From NCBI GenBank assembly GCA_965644295.1, contig CBFFRP010000237.1:1-58581 (forward strand): a stretch of DNA of 58,581 bases. Direction: 5' to 3'. The DNA comes from Paraphysomonas bandaiensis (Eukaryota > Protista > Chrysophyceae). Below are positions 39,431 to 52,140 of this stretch, piece by piece (position 1 is the stretch's first letter; the number at the start of each line of letters is the position of its first letter). A model generated the notes under the pieces. That model was not told the origin of the DNA, did not search any database, and worked only from the letters and a program-made list of their open reading frames with translations. Both the position numbers and the translations under genes were made by a program.

Positions 39431-39460
<30 letters not shown>
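38674..39460. repeat. (CATA)n microsatellite, ~790 bp
   Basis: Nearly perfect tetranucleotide array with a few CCTA/TGCA/CACA variants. Confidence 0.99.
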
Positions 39461-39461
<1 letters not shown>

Positions 39462-39583
39462 GGATGGCCTTGTGAAGGTAGAAGAGTTCATTCTATATAG
39501 TTCACGTCCAATACAGGACATCCGTGATATCCACCATCTCTCTCAGCTGCATAGTGGCAGTCTCGTGTACTCCATCTACAGAT

Positions 39584-41401
39584 ATGCAGTCATTTCTATT
39601 CAGTGTGTGCAAGAGGACCTGGCAAACGGGTTACAGTTACCGATATATTCATCCGCCTGTCCTTCTGGCGTGCTCATGGTACTCCATAAGGTCGAGAGTG
39701 TCGTCTCTGTTCTCCAGCGCAGAGGGCGAAGACACTAAAAATAAAGATATCTGTTTCGGGAAGGATTTCTTCTCTAATATTCAGTCTTCGAAGATGGACG
39801 ACTATACGAAGAAGGCACTACAGGGCCTCTCTGATGTGATTAAGCGGAAAGATGTGGAGAAGATACCGAAGAATGAGAGTACCGATAGCGGTGAGGATGT
39901 AGATATATCTGTGGGGAAATCGAAAACTGCGAGGGTGACAGAGTTCCTTTCCTTGGTTCAGTCTGCGGTGTTTGACAGCAGTGCTAAAGAGGATCTTGAA
40001 ACCACACAGGGAAAAGCGGAAAGCAAAAAACAAACAAAGGCACTGAAGGCGGATATGTTTAGCATAATTCCGTCCTCAGTATTGGATGAAAAGACCAAGA
40101 ACTCTCTGAGAGAAGTTTCCAAACTTGGAGAGCGATTGGCCTCCCAGTACGAAAAGTCGACAGTAGATTTACAGCATCCTTTTCTTGTTAATCTAGGTTT
40201 ACTTCGGTTGTATACGGATCGGGATTCTAGTGGGGACATCTCCTCCTCTCCCTCATTATTGAATTCGTCAACTTCTTCTGTCTCAGAGGAGTTCCTTGCA
40301 GAGGCGAAGTACTACCTCCGCTATGCCGCAGATGTTTATATGGAAGCGCCGTACATTGTGCAGGAAGACATCATTCTCAATGAACTTGAAGAGCATTCGA
40401 AAGTTGGGACCAATGTAAAACTTCCTCGTCATGTAGTGTTTTTGGACCATCTCACTAAAAGCATTGTCGTGTCTATTCGAGGAACGGGATCCATTTCTGA
40501 TGTCCTAACAGACCTTAACCTAAATGCTATCCCTTTTTTATCCAGTTCGGATACCCTCAACAGAGGGTTATTTAAGAGAGTATTTGAAAAGGCATCTCAA
40601 ATAGTTTGTTCTCCTAGCGAAGTCAAAGCACACAGTGGGATGGCAGCCTCTGCGAACGCCCTTTTTGACCCCGTCCAGTGTGCCATAGCTGAAGCACGCA
40701 GTCGTAAAAACGGTCGCTACGCTGAATACAAGGTTGTGGTGACAGGTCATTCGCTGGGAGCAGGAACGGCCTGTCTTCTAGCGATGTTACTTTCCAGTCG
40801 AGCGAATATGGCCGTAACGACCTTCGCATACGCTCCTCCTCCAGTTATCACGACACCTCCGGAAACCTTTTCTATACTGCATGATGCACCTCTTGTAAGC
40901 GGCAAGCATCCGGACTGTGTAATACATAGCTTCGTGCACAATAAGGACGTAGTACCACGAGCCTCGCACTATGAGTTCGTAAACATGTTGTCGGCTGTAA
41001 AACGTATTGATGGTCTACCCTGGTCAGCCACTGAGCGGGCAATGATTTTAGTCCGCAATCGGCTCATGGATGATGAACGCGAGACTCTTAAGGAGCGGTT
41101 GACAGGGCTGGAGGCACGAGAAGATGCCGAAGACATGCACTCAGAGGACAGAGGGGTAGAACTAATAGTACCCGGAAACGTGTATCTCTTATCTCCACTG
41201 ACAGAAAGTGACATGGATCCGAAGGCTCAAGATGGAAAGAAGAAAGCGGCACAGAAGAAATACTCTATCCGCCGGGTCGACGACTCTAGAATGCTTTTTT
41301 CTGGCTTTCTATTCACTGGTGATTCCATGGTTCTAGACCACCCTGTGGCTGGTTATTTGAATTCTATTCTGAATATATCTACAGATGAAAGATCAAAATA
41401 G
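39584..41401 (+). CDS. Class 3 lipase (DAG lipase-like alpha/beta hydrolase), 605 aa, possible mitochondrial presequence
   Basis: IVVSIRGTGSISDVLTDL, AHSGM, nucleophile motif VTGHSLGAG, FAYAPPP, HNKDVVPR, MVLDH. Confidence 0.92.
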   Translation: MQSFLFSVCKRTWQTGYSYRYIHPPVLLACSWYSIRSRVSSLFSSAEGEDTKNKDICFGKDFFSNIQSSKMDDYTKKALQGLSDVIKRKDVEKIPKNESTDSGEDVDISVGKSKTARVTEFLSLVQSAVFDSSAKEDLETTQGKAESKKQTKALKADMFSIIPSSVLDEKTKNSLREVSKLGERLASQYEKSTVDLQHPFLVNLGLLRLYTDRDSSGDISSSPSLLNSSTSSVSEEFLAEAKYYLRYAADVYMEAPYIVQEDIILNELEEHSKVGTNVKLPRHVVFLDHLTKSIVVSIRGTGSISDVLTDLNLNAIPFLSSSDTLNRGLFKRVFEKASQIVCSPSEVKAHSGMAASANALFDPVQCAIAEARSRKNGRYAEYKVVVTGHSLGAGTACLLAMLLSSRANMAVTTFAYAPPPVITTPPETFSILHDAPLVSGKHPDCVIHSFVHNKDVVPRASHYEFVNMLSAVKRIDGLPWSATERAMILVRNRLMDDERETLKERLTGLEAREDAEDMHSEDRGVELIVPGNVYLLSPLTESDMDPKAQDGKKKAAQKKYSIRRVDDSRMLFSGFLFTGDSMVLDHPVAGYLNSILNISTDERSK

Positions 41402-42529
41402 GAGCGCTGAGAACAAGGGTGCTGAAGAATAGCCAAGGGGAGAATTTTAGGAATCTAGTTATGAAGAACTACCCAAATTTCTGAAGCAGTAACTTTTACT
41501 TTGTGTCGTGGAATGTTTGGTATTCAATTCAAGGCACAGGGAAATGCGTGGTTCTTTCCTCTGCATATTTGTTTATAACCATCAAATTATCTTTCATTTT
41601 TGCACTGTATTTCTGAATACTTGGACAACTTGGGACTTATATCTCGACATCGCTATATAGCTGACATAATAACATGAAGAAACTATCATTTTGAACTAAA
41701 AAGACGGCCCGCTATCCCGCTAACTGTTAAGTTTAGACTTATCGCGAAGTTGACTTTGTATTACGTATTACGTAAATCTCATAGCTTTGTTGCAGGCAAT
41801 GCTAAAGGGAACTTTTATTCAACCTCGTTATATTGGTGGGAAGCCCGAAGCCCAGCCATTTAATAATTTATATTTTCAGTTTACAATAACTAAGTGTTTA
41901 AGGGTATTCACCAAGTCGAAACTAAAACTTTTCCTTCAAACATGGGAGCATAGTCTAGCAATCAATTAATTAATGCTGATATTATTGCACACATGAAAGA
42001 CAACATACTTTATCTTTGCCTTGGGAAGTTTCTCGTGGCCAAGTCCGGTGTAGATCGACAGCATCCTTTATTTCTTAGGATGGGCAAGGATGCCATCAGG
42101 GGCATCAGAAAGCCGACACTGCCATCGAAGAAAGTACATACATATCTTCAACTCTTCAAGTTACCATTTTCATGAGTGCCATGATATTGATAGATTCATC
42201 GTTGATGAGGGAACTCGGTTTATTTCGAGAATTGCAACGACTACTTGAAGACATATTAGATCTTGACACTACTCGGCACTACGCGATAATCCATGCGCAT
42301 ACCATTGAGTTACTGGGGTGGCGAACGTACGTGTTCTTCTAGTTCCCTGGCGTGAGGGCCATGACATCGATGGATTCATCGTTGATAAAAGCTTTCGCTT
42401 CATTGCGAGGCCGGCCGCGTTTCTTAGCAAGCCTGATTGAGCTCGACCTGCGCTTCACAGCAATGTTTCCTGATGACATAATTAAGAAATAAATGCAGAG
42501 ACCTATGAATGTATTACACAAAATTGATC

Positions 42530-42821
42530 ACTCAACGCAAACGCAGTGAGCAAGCAGAATGTTGATATACGTTCAGGATGGAGTCCTTAAGATGGACAGT
42601 CTAGATGATTAACGTTTTAGCAGGAAGCCCAATACCCCGGATGCCCTTGAGGTGGGCCCACTCCCGGATGCTTGTTAATTCATCAAGGCCCAAAGACGTC
42701 TTAACAAGTGACACTTATTTGTGTCCCTGAACCACACAATCATTAGGCTTCCAGGAGAAATATCTCTAGTACTTATCCCCCAGAACACCACGAAAAGGTG
42801 CAAGTTCGACTTTATTGAGGG
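42530..42821 (-). mobile_element. SINE-like element copy D (partial)
   Basis: 5' CCCTCAAT...gcaccttttcgtggtgttctggggg module and central gggcccacctcaagggcatccgggg module. Confidence 0.8.
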
Positions 42822-45800
42822 ATTCATACGCATAAGTGCAATATTGCTCCTCTCCCTAAATTCTTCCAGTGAGTAAATAGTTTTTGTTTTTACGGAATCA
42901 AATATATTTTCGGTTCTCCTCAACAGTGAACAAATTTATCTTTAATTTCACGTACCTATAATATTTCATGTTAAGTAAGTAATGCCCCTGGACAATTACA
43001 TTTACGTGCTTGCTGTTCTGAGGACCAGAATCGAAAATTGCGCATGCGCCAGTTAGACAGTCTCAATGGACGTGACTGTTTTGCAGATAAGCTGGCTATT
43101 CAGTCCATAAGAATGCTTGTTTAGGTGCTCTCCGAGCCAGTAATATTTCGTATTATTGAGAGCATGTACCTTGGCCAGTTAAAAGCTTTCAGCTATGATG
43201 TTGTTTCAAACAAACTGCGTATCCTTTCAAGAGGTTGTTTGGTTACTTTGTAACCGACCATTTCTAGTATGTTGTTTTCCGTGTTAATACATTGCAATTA
43301 TAAGTGACACTGATAGCCCACCCACCAGACAGCAAAACTTCATGACGTTTTGTTTGAAGGGAAATTGAGGAAATACATGTCGATTATGTTCAGAGAACGA
43401 AGGGTCTATATACCTACGTTATTGCCGGACCCGGGGATTGACACCGGATGCAGCTAATATGAATGAGATATGAGTTAATATAACAGTAAAGAACAGAATG
43501 AGAGGATCGTTATACTTATTATGTATCTTACAATGAACTCAAGCACCCCTAAGCTCTTATAACTGGACACCTTCAACTACGTGTTGAGGTGTAAGGCACG
43601 TCAACATATAGAGTGACAGAATGCAGAACACAAAATAACTCACAAAGAGCCACTCATGTTCTACAAGCTATCTAGAAGCACATAATAACATCTAGAACAC
43701 TATTCTACAAAAGATTCCACGAGATTTGGCTGATTATGTGGACATATCAGTTTTCTGGAACACTCCCGTAGAATGCTATGAAGACCAACTCCAACCAACA
43801 GAGTCTCCAGCACACCAAAATGAGAATATTGTCCAATCATATGCTTGTACTTGACAAAATACCGTTGCTGTACTTCAGCATCAACATTCCTCGGTGGGCC
43901 AATGGAGTGAGATCCAATTGGTTGGTGTGATTTTAGAATGATAGGCTATTCACTGCATTGCATCATAGGGTGTATATTGTGCAGCAGATAGACGACATTA
44001 ATGAGTGCTTGAATGTCAGGTGATAACATGTTCCTATCATCTTATTTCATGAACGACTGTGAGATACGCTGTTAGTGGACAAGGTTTACTATATATAAGG
44101 CTGTATATATAGCAATTGTTAAGGGCACTGTATTGTGATATGTTATGGATAGGATGATGTATGATGTTGTGGGATGATGTATGTATGATTTGTACGACAT
44201 GATTGTATATAATGATGATTTGTACTATTGGTATATACAAGATGTTGCACGGTGTGGTGGATTGTTATTATTTTATATCACTGTTGTGCCTCGCTTTGTC
44301 AGGATTCATCCAATTGCTTGTTTTAATTTTCGTATCATAGGCTATATACCTAATACAGGAATGCCATATACAGGAGCGATACTTATGACAGACAGCCATA
44401 TGCAAACACACATGAATGAATGCTTGAATACCAGGTAATCACATGCTCCCATCATCTTATTTAAAGTGTCAGCTATTCAGACAGATGACCAGTGGTACAG
44501 GTGAAGGAATAGAAGGCTGTATATCATGATATGGTCCGGATGGCATACACTATGATGGATGTACTATGTTGTGTGATGGTATATGATTTGATTTTACATG
44601 ATATGAGATGCTGAATGGTGTAATGGTTTATTATGTTGTTGTAGATGCAATGATGTTCATACTTCCCGGTGCAAGAGGGATGCCTAAGCGGCACAAGCGC
44701 CCGGTTGCCCCTGTTCCTTCTTGTGTGTTGATAACTGTTGTATTATATAATGCTATGTTGTATAGTATGTTTAATTCGTTTGAAGTGAAGTATTGAAGAT
44801 GTACCATGTTGTGCATGCCGTATGTGATAAAAATTCTGAACGGTGTGAAATATAATATAATATTATGCTAAGCTATACGAAAGATATGGCCGTGGTGGTT
44901 GCTGTTGTATGCTCTGTTAATAATGGTACAATGTATTCCAAGTACTAATAAATCATTAATTATAAGAGTACAGTACAAAAGTTCATGGAGTGGCTATAAA
45001 TGAATACATATAGGCATTTTACAGATTACTGACATCAGACTGAACTTTTCTTTTCTTAGTTATAGGAATAATGTCCCTTCGTGCACTCATCGCATCATAT
45101 ATAATGTTTATGTATTTCTTAGAGGCTTTATTTTTGCGTGGAACTTGTTGTAATTTTCCTGACCAAATAAAGCAACAATAACACGCAAATCACCTTCTCA
45201 GCTAGGCATTTTAAATTATTTTTCCATTCTCTGTGGGAAATAGACTGATTTGCCATACAGAGTTTCGGCTCAGCTAGAAACCCTTCCTCGTCATCGTACA
45301 ATAGACTTAGTCCTTTTTGCCAATACTCGATTAATTTTGTTCTGTTTGTTGACGTTGTCCACCATAGGGTACCTCTTTCCTATCTATGATTTTATGTAAT
45401 TCATAATCAAAATAGTCTAAGATAACAGTTGATAAGCAAAAATTTTCGATAGTTTTATATTGAAGGAAAGATATATGGGGCATGCGCTGCATGTTTACTC
45501 TCATAATATATTGAAATACATTTTTCGTAGTCGTAGATGAACCTTAGGAAAGTCCTTCAGTAATTGGAGGCAAGATTGGAGATAATGTAAGTATCCGTGA
45601 TAGAGTCTCTGAAGTTCGAGTAGTGGTATCAGTTGAAATCTTTTTCAAGCCTTCTGGAATATGAGCCACAGTTGTGTCTAATTTCTTGTGTAGATCGCCT
45701 ATTGCAATAGAAGCTGTTGTATTTGGTCTCGAAGAATGCGATTCTAGCAATAAATTTCGTCTACAAGAAGAAGCCATTCCTCCTCAATCTGAAGACTCCA

Positions 45801-46157
45801 TTATTGCATGGTTTTACCTCAAGTGAAATGGTGGCGCATCATGTTGTGCTTGTGCATGTTGAACCGTGTATTTTGAAACTTATGATGGCAACCTCATAAG
45901 GAATGTAGCCACTATATGCGTGGGGGATCTTCTACATTGATGTCCGGTTCTTTCTATCTGCTGCTAGAGAAGTGCCAATGCAGCGTATGGTGTAAATATT
46001 ATGTGTAAAGTGTGTGGTGTGTATGTAATAATGATGGATGTGTGATTGGTGTAAGGACGTACAATGCAAGTGGTTCATACATATAACAGTCATGTATATG
46101 ATGTAATATATAGTATATAATAAAAACATAATCACGCATACTCAAGAAAGGGTTTTT

Positions 46158-46266
46158 TATTCGAGTATAATTTATGACTAGATTCACAACAAAAATTGTC
46201 TAGATTTTTACACCCACACACCTCAAGTACCGGTCACATCTCTGCGTCTCAACTTGTTGACGCTTT
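46158..46266 (+). repeat. Dispersed repeat, copy 1 (copy 2 at ~52037-52140, continuing at 52634)
   Basis: ttcgagtataat...gactagatt...tttttacaccc...cctcaagtaccggtcacatctct.cgtctcaac is shared. Confidence 0.85.
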
Positions 46267-46800
46267 CGGCGGGAACAACATCTCAACTCCACTAGAAAAA
46301 CAATTATACACACTTGAAAAACAAGTTGTCAGACTTCTTCCCCTCTACAAAATGCTGGAATACGTATGCTGACGAACAGAGGAAGACGGCATTCCACTAA
46401 CCTAAATAACACGATTCTCCAGTCACCGATTACACCGACCTTAATGCAAAATACTTACCTGACCAACACATCTATCCCACATATATACTTCATCTACTAA
46501 ATATTTCTTCTCCCCAGCGGCTCAAGAAAAACGCTCTCGACTACATTCCAAGCTACCACGTCATCACCAATCACCACTTGCCTTCACTCGAACGCCTCAG
46601 GCGACAACACAGATGCCTCATTCAACGGATCTAAGAGAGCACCTAAACTCCACCCCCACCCCACCGAGACGACCTCCATGCACGGGACAACTCGACGTCA
46701 TCTCCAAGGGCAGACCCCCGTTTAAACCTAGCGTACGGGATGGTCGCACCATGGTGCTCGCAGCAATGCACAAGCAGCAGTCCCGACTCTAGTAGCATTG
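46267..46800 (+). mobile_element. Older 3' fragment of a related LINE
   Basis: LYTLEKQVVRLLPLY parallels LRNLETAVINLLQPLY of the 31813 ORF. Ends in KGRPP as that ORF does, followed by the same gcac..gtgc / GNRA hairpin module. Confidence 0.7.
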
Positions 46801-48619
46801 GGAATATGAATGCTTCTCAATCAAGATATATAGACCACACAGTTGAGATAAACATTGTCATAGTTGTAATATCCCTAGTCACGACTTCGTAGCGCACAGT
46901 AATAATCAGATCTTCAATAATAGGTTTCTACACCAATCGACCAATTTGACAAGGTTGAATAATATTTCCCAATGCTAAATTCTCAGATATCTTGCACTTA
47001 TAAGAATAAATAACACTTCTAATTCAAACTCATCACATAATATTCATGTAACACCTGGTGAACATCTCTTTCTGTTCACGTATGTGTATCATCACATGTT
47101 TACCAGTTAACTCATATCCATCCATATGTCATGTAGAATGTAGAATATAGACAAACATCAACAACTCAACCAATATCCATCGTAATGAATGAGCCCTTTT
47201 CTACTATGGTTCGGTGGTCACCTATTTCACACCACTAACTTTACTTTCGTTGCACAATGTATAACATATCATTGAGCATAACTCAGCATCCCAGTCGACT
47301 AAATACAGTTAGCTGTTCCACCCGATCTCATTGGACACAAGTGTATGTAAGATTCTGTCTGTTTACTGTATAGCAAGTTCATTCCAAACTAGATACGACG
47401 AACTCTTCCAACCTTTGTTACCACCTTCAACTCCTGGGGAAATATTATTCAACCCTAGTCGACAAGGGGGAATTACCTACTCCCATACCAAAATCGATGT
47501 AAAAGCCTCGTAAAAGTAAGAAATGTTCAACCTAGCCAATTTTAGTTATAAACCAAGTCGTAAACTGCACTCACATATAACTACATAATATAGAACAATA
47601 ATATCACACAAAAGGTATCTAGTTCAAAATATTTATGATTTTCTGGCTTGTCCTGAATAATTTCCACACGGAAGTGGCCTCTTTCTTTATATCGATGCAG
47701 CACTTGTCGGATGCGATTCTGGAGTGTCGAAACCCGAATATTTTCTTCTGGAGAGATTGTGTTCACTCTGCAGAATGTAGCTTGTCCTAACTCGAATTCG
47801 AGTTGGTCATTTCTGATCTTTATACTCTCTCGTTCCTATGCAGACCTTCTTGAAATTTAGCATAATTCGGATTTAGATACCGGTGCTTCGGACTGCTCCG
47901 GCAAACTGAACACTAAAAATGAACATGCTAGCAGGTATCTCCTCATCTCATCTCCTCCTGAGTATATCACAGTCCTGAATTCATCTGCAGTCCTTTATTA
48001 AGTTTCGATGAAAAGTGATGTCGATGAGCTGCCCCCCAACATCACCTTTATGGGGAAATGAGTCCTCAGATATCTGCAGATGTCTAACAATTGAATCAAC
48101 AGGCCTCATCTGAGCTATCTCCCCACTTGCTCATTCTCTTCTTTTTTCTCGATAATAGACATAAAGAATAATGCTGGTGTGTCCGCTCTAAAATCAAAAG
48201 AAGCAAATACAAGATATAGAGATCAATATATCATATCCAGTTATCGAGATATCGAGATGTGAGTGTCGCGTCTATGATCTTGATCTGATCTCTGATATGA
48301 GGGTGTGTCTGCCTCCAGCAGTACTCTCTGCACTCCTACAGAAGCAGCCAAAAACATGGTGTCTGCTGCTGCTGCTGGTGAGTAATCATGGTGAGAAATT
48401 CCTACTCCAGTACAGTACTCCATACCATGGCATACAACTGTAGGGGAGCAGAGCAGTCTAATGGATGTGCGCACACTGTTGGTTCTAATCGAACCACTGG
48501 ACTATTACAACATACTTTTGATTTGCTTTCCAGGCCGCATATCTGGCGACCGGCTACTCACACTTGGCTTTGCATATATTATATATTACTCTAACTTCTA
48601 ATCTGCCCACTGCTCTGAA

Positions 48620-50808
48620 ATGGCTGATCGTGTGCAGTTCATCCTTGACCGGATGGCTCCTGTTTTTAGAGAAATGGAAAATCTCGGAGTATTTGCGAAG
48701 GTTACCTGCTGCAGTTATCCTGTCATTGTGATCTCTCTTGATGTAATTTGTTGCTTTAGGATGAAGTGAAGTCTATTGTGAAACAAAGGACAGATTTTGA
48801 GTATGTGCTGAGGAGACGACAGCAGTCACCAGCTGATTACTACAAATACCTTCAATACGAACTCAACTTAGAAGAACTCAGAACCTTAAGATGTTTTAAA
48901 AGGAGCCAATCGACATCTAAAGAAGTTCAACATCAGTTTCGAAAGCTCCAGTCAGCGTTTATGCGCCATATATGTTACGTGTTTGAACGAGGTTTGAGAA
49001 GATTTCCGGACAACATGGATTTGTGGAACGATTACATTTCTTTTCTGAAAGAGAAAAAAGCACACAATATTCTAAATACAGTTTTTGGGCGTGCTCTTAG
49101 CTTGCACCCGAAAAATGAGAATTTGTGGCTGCAGGCTTCAATGTTTGAACTCCAATCCAATGCGAATCTGCATGCTGCCCGTGTTCTTCTTCAGCGTTCA
49201 CTAAGATTTAATCCAGACAGCGAAGTGCTATGGTTAAGATATTTTGAGCTAGAACTGTGGCACATTGCGAGGGTAGCTGAGCGACGTGATGTATTGGGGT
49301 TGTCAAATGAAGCCGAAGGCCCGGATTTGGCTTTGGGTACCCCATTAGTAGTGTACCGTCATGCCGTTTCTGCTGCCGTGCCATCACCGCTTTCCTTTTC
49401 TTTTAGCTTCCTAGACTCTTGCAAAGGGGTTGCTCCTTCACTGGAGGATCACATCCGTATGGACATGCGGGAGCGATTCGGCAGCGAAGTTGCCTACTGG
49501 GTGGAGTGTCTGCACCGCATGGTAGCAGGTGGTAATGTTCAATCTGCTGCTGGTGGTAAACGCCCCAGGGGAACAGAAGGGGAGGACTGTGTTGTATCTG
49601 CAGTGGAATGCTTAGAATCTGTTGTGGCCCTGTTGCGAGAGGCACAAAATTTCTGTGAAGACTTCCGTGTGGATGGCACTTCAATGCGATTGCAAGGAAT
49701 ATATGGTGATATTATAGCGGGAGCGCTTAAAAGGCTATGTCTCTGTCCGGACTTGAGATTAGCCAGTCTTCAATCTGATTCAATTCAGAAATGCAAAAAG
49801 TCGAAAAAAGGCAAATCTGGAAAAGTGGTCGTGGAGAATGGTTGTGGTGTCAGCAATGCCTTATCTGGTGCACTGGCGCTTTTGTCAGGAGTGTCCGGAA
49901 CTGCCAAAGTAGACATGCACGGCGACTGTCTGATTGCGTTGCATATGATCTGGCTGTGCTACCGAAGCCTCAACAGTTCTGAGAAGTCGGGTGTAAATCT
50001 GAACGACTTAATTCAATGGCTTGAGATGAGATCGGGATCATGTGACCCTGTGGTGTGGGTACGAGTCGCAAGGAAGGCTTGGGAAACAGCGCTTGGCATG
50101 CTTTCTATATCTAGCTCTCATTTAGGGCCAGATCCAGGTGAGCAAGTCCATGGACTAGTAGATCGTCTCTCAGGTCTCTTGCTGAAACACGCAAACATAC
50201 TTTTGTCTGCTGACTGTGACCACTACGGAGAGAATGAAGGGGCAGGGTCAAGTCTTTTGCTCCATTGTATCGAGGTCCTTGCACTTAAATCTACTACTTC
50301 GTCAACAACTCAGAATTCTGACGACAGTGATAGTGATGAGGAAGTCATAATACAACCGAAACAGTGTGTAATAACTTCAGCTCTTCGAAATGCGTTTCTT
50401 GTTTCCCGATGTCGTCCCGAAGATAGAGTACTATGGGCTTGTCGATATGTACGTATGGCGGCTGCGACAGGAAGTATAATTTCTTTCCGAGATGCTTGTG
50501 AGTGGATGGAGAGTGCTGCAGACCGCATGCCTCTGTCAATGGCAGGGGTAAACATGACGAGCTACTACAGAATTGTGTGCAATCTGGAGATGAATCAGTT
50601 CAGAAATGTTCTTAAGGTCAATGGGCTCAAAGTTGCAAGACAAGAAGCAGTACCGGTTAGGAAACGACTAGAGAAAGCGATTGAAAAAACAAAAGCAGTA
50701 AATGACGATGTCGACGTCTTCTACGACATGTTAGGAGAGATGGAAAGAAGCATAGGTAATCATAAAGTTGCTAACCACATGGCATGGAGAAAGAAAGTAG
50801 CGTACTAG
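48620..50808 (+). CDS. UTP6: U3 snoRNA-associated protein 6 (HAT/TPR repeats), 2 exons, 709 aa
   Basis: Exon 48620-48700 (MADRVQFILDRMAPVFREMENLGVFAK), 59-nt intron, exon 48760-50808. EVKSIVKQRTDFEY, YLQYELNLEELR, FERGLRRFP, ALSLHP..LW, ARVLLQRSLRFNP..LWLRYFELE. Confidence 0.92.
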
Positions 50809-51362
50809 GTGCAGTCTATTATCCGTACTGAAGTGAATGGGTGGGTACTATCGACTACAGCTTAGATTTTCTTCATTGGTAGTTAGCAATAATGTATAAT
50901 TAGAACTCGTAAATAATGAGGTGTGGTAACAGTTTCGTCGAGACAGTGCAAGCATATATGTACTATTGTGCTAGTATAGCATATGCTTTTGCCGTAACCC
51001 CGTGTACGGTGAGATAAGGAAGAAGTTGTATTGAAGTCATATATAGTGCCCTCCGAACAAGCGTGCTCATCAACAGTATTCAGAGCCAAGGATTAGTAGC
51101 TTACTTAGTCAACATTTATTTTGTGTCAACTCTTCGGTTACTACATACGCCAATACTATTTTCTATTTTTACTTTTACGACATATTTATATATCATAACG
51201 GGAAAAATACACAGACAGGAAAAAACAAAGCTGAATTAAAAAGACAATATTTCTTATTTTACTTTCATTTCGTTGTCAGGTCTGATGGTCACGTAAAACT
51301 CAACACATCAGACCTGACAGGAAACGATAAAATCATCGATACTCTGCCCTCTTATCAATACA

Positions 51363-51887
51363 CCCGCTACAAAGTCGGACTCGCACGTTTTCGTGGTGGA
51401 ATAAGAACAAGAGATATTTCTTCGGGAAACTAACGTAAGCCGCATGCATTTAGTCAGCAGATAACTTTCTGCCCACTCATAGCCAACAAATGCTTGTGTG
51501 GTACAAGGGACACCTACTATTAGTGTCACCTGTTAAAACGTCTTTGAGCCTTGACAAATAAACAGGGAATGGCCCACCTCAAGGGCATCCGGGGAATTGG
51601 GCTTCCTTCTGAAGTCGAGCATTCGGGGTTTTCATCTTAAGAACTCAAAAATCCTAAACTCAGCAGATGTCAGGTATATCAACATTCTGCTTGCTCACTG
51701 CGTTTGCTTTGAGTGATAGAGCGAAAGTGGTTGCACCTTGGTACTTGCGGTGACGCACAAAAGCAGCTTTTCGTAGCGTAAAATAGTAGGATATCTGAGT
51801 TAAGCAGTAGTTAGTTAAATTGCATCGCTACAATAGTTCTGACTCTTAAACACGCCTATTTTGTTAATAATAGGACATTCACTATAC
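51363..51887 (+). mobile_element. SINE-like element copy E
   Basis: Full module order; ends in ...aataataggacattcacta like the LINE tail. Confidence 0.85.
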
Positions 51888-52140
51888 TTTTATATATACC
51901 AACTCTTGAGTGGTGGAGTCCTGTCTAAATGCTACTATATATCTTTTTTTCTATTCGCTAACGTTGCTGATTTATGCTTCGTTGGTTTCACTCTACCTAC
52001 TGTGTGACTTTATTGTTTAGTATTGCGTAGTTATATATTCGAGTATAATTAATTATTTATGACTAGATTTATAACAAAAATGGTTTAGATTTTTACACCC
52101 GCATACCTCAAGTACCGGTCACATCTCTTCGTCTCAACGT

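Noticed and set aside
38662-39738. Long ORFs of HTYI / MYVC repeats
   Set aside because: They are translations of the (CATA)n microsatellite, which has no stop codon in any frame.
42000-42521. Broken ORF with an AT-hook-like KRGRPR and an internal repeat
   Set aside because: Multiple stops and no family recognised; probably TE debris.
43424-43856. Possible solo LTR or tRNA fragment (tgccggacccggggattgacaccgg ... ttgaca)
   Set aside because: TG..CA ends and a T-arm-like stretch are present, but there is no TSD, second copy or full cloverleaf.
45000-48200. Coding-like fragments on the minus strand (45544-45777, 47581-47766)
   Set aside because: Short, interrupted and without a motif I can assign.
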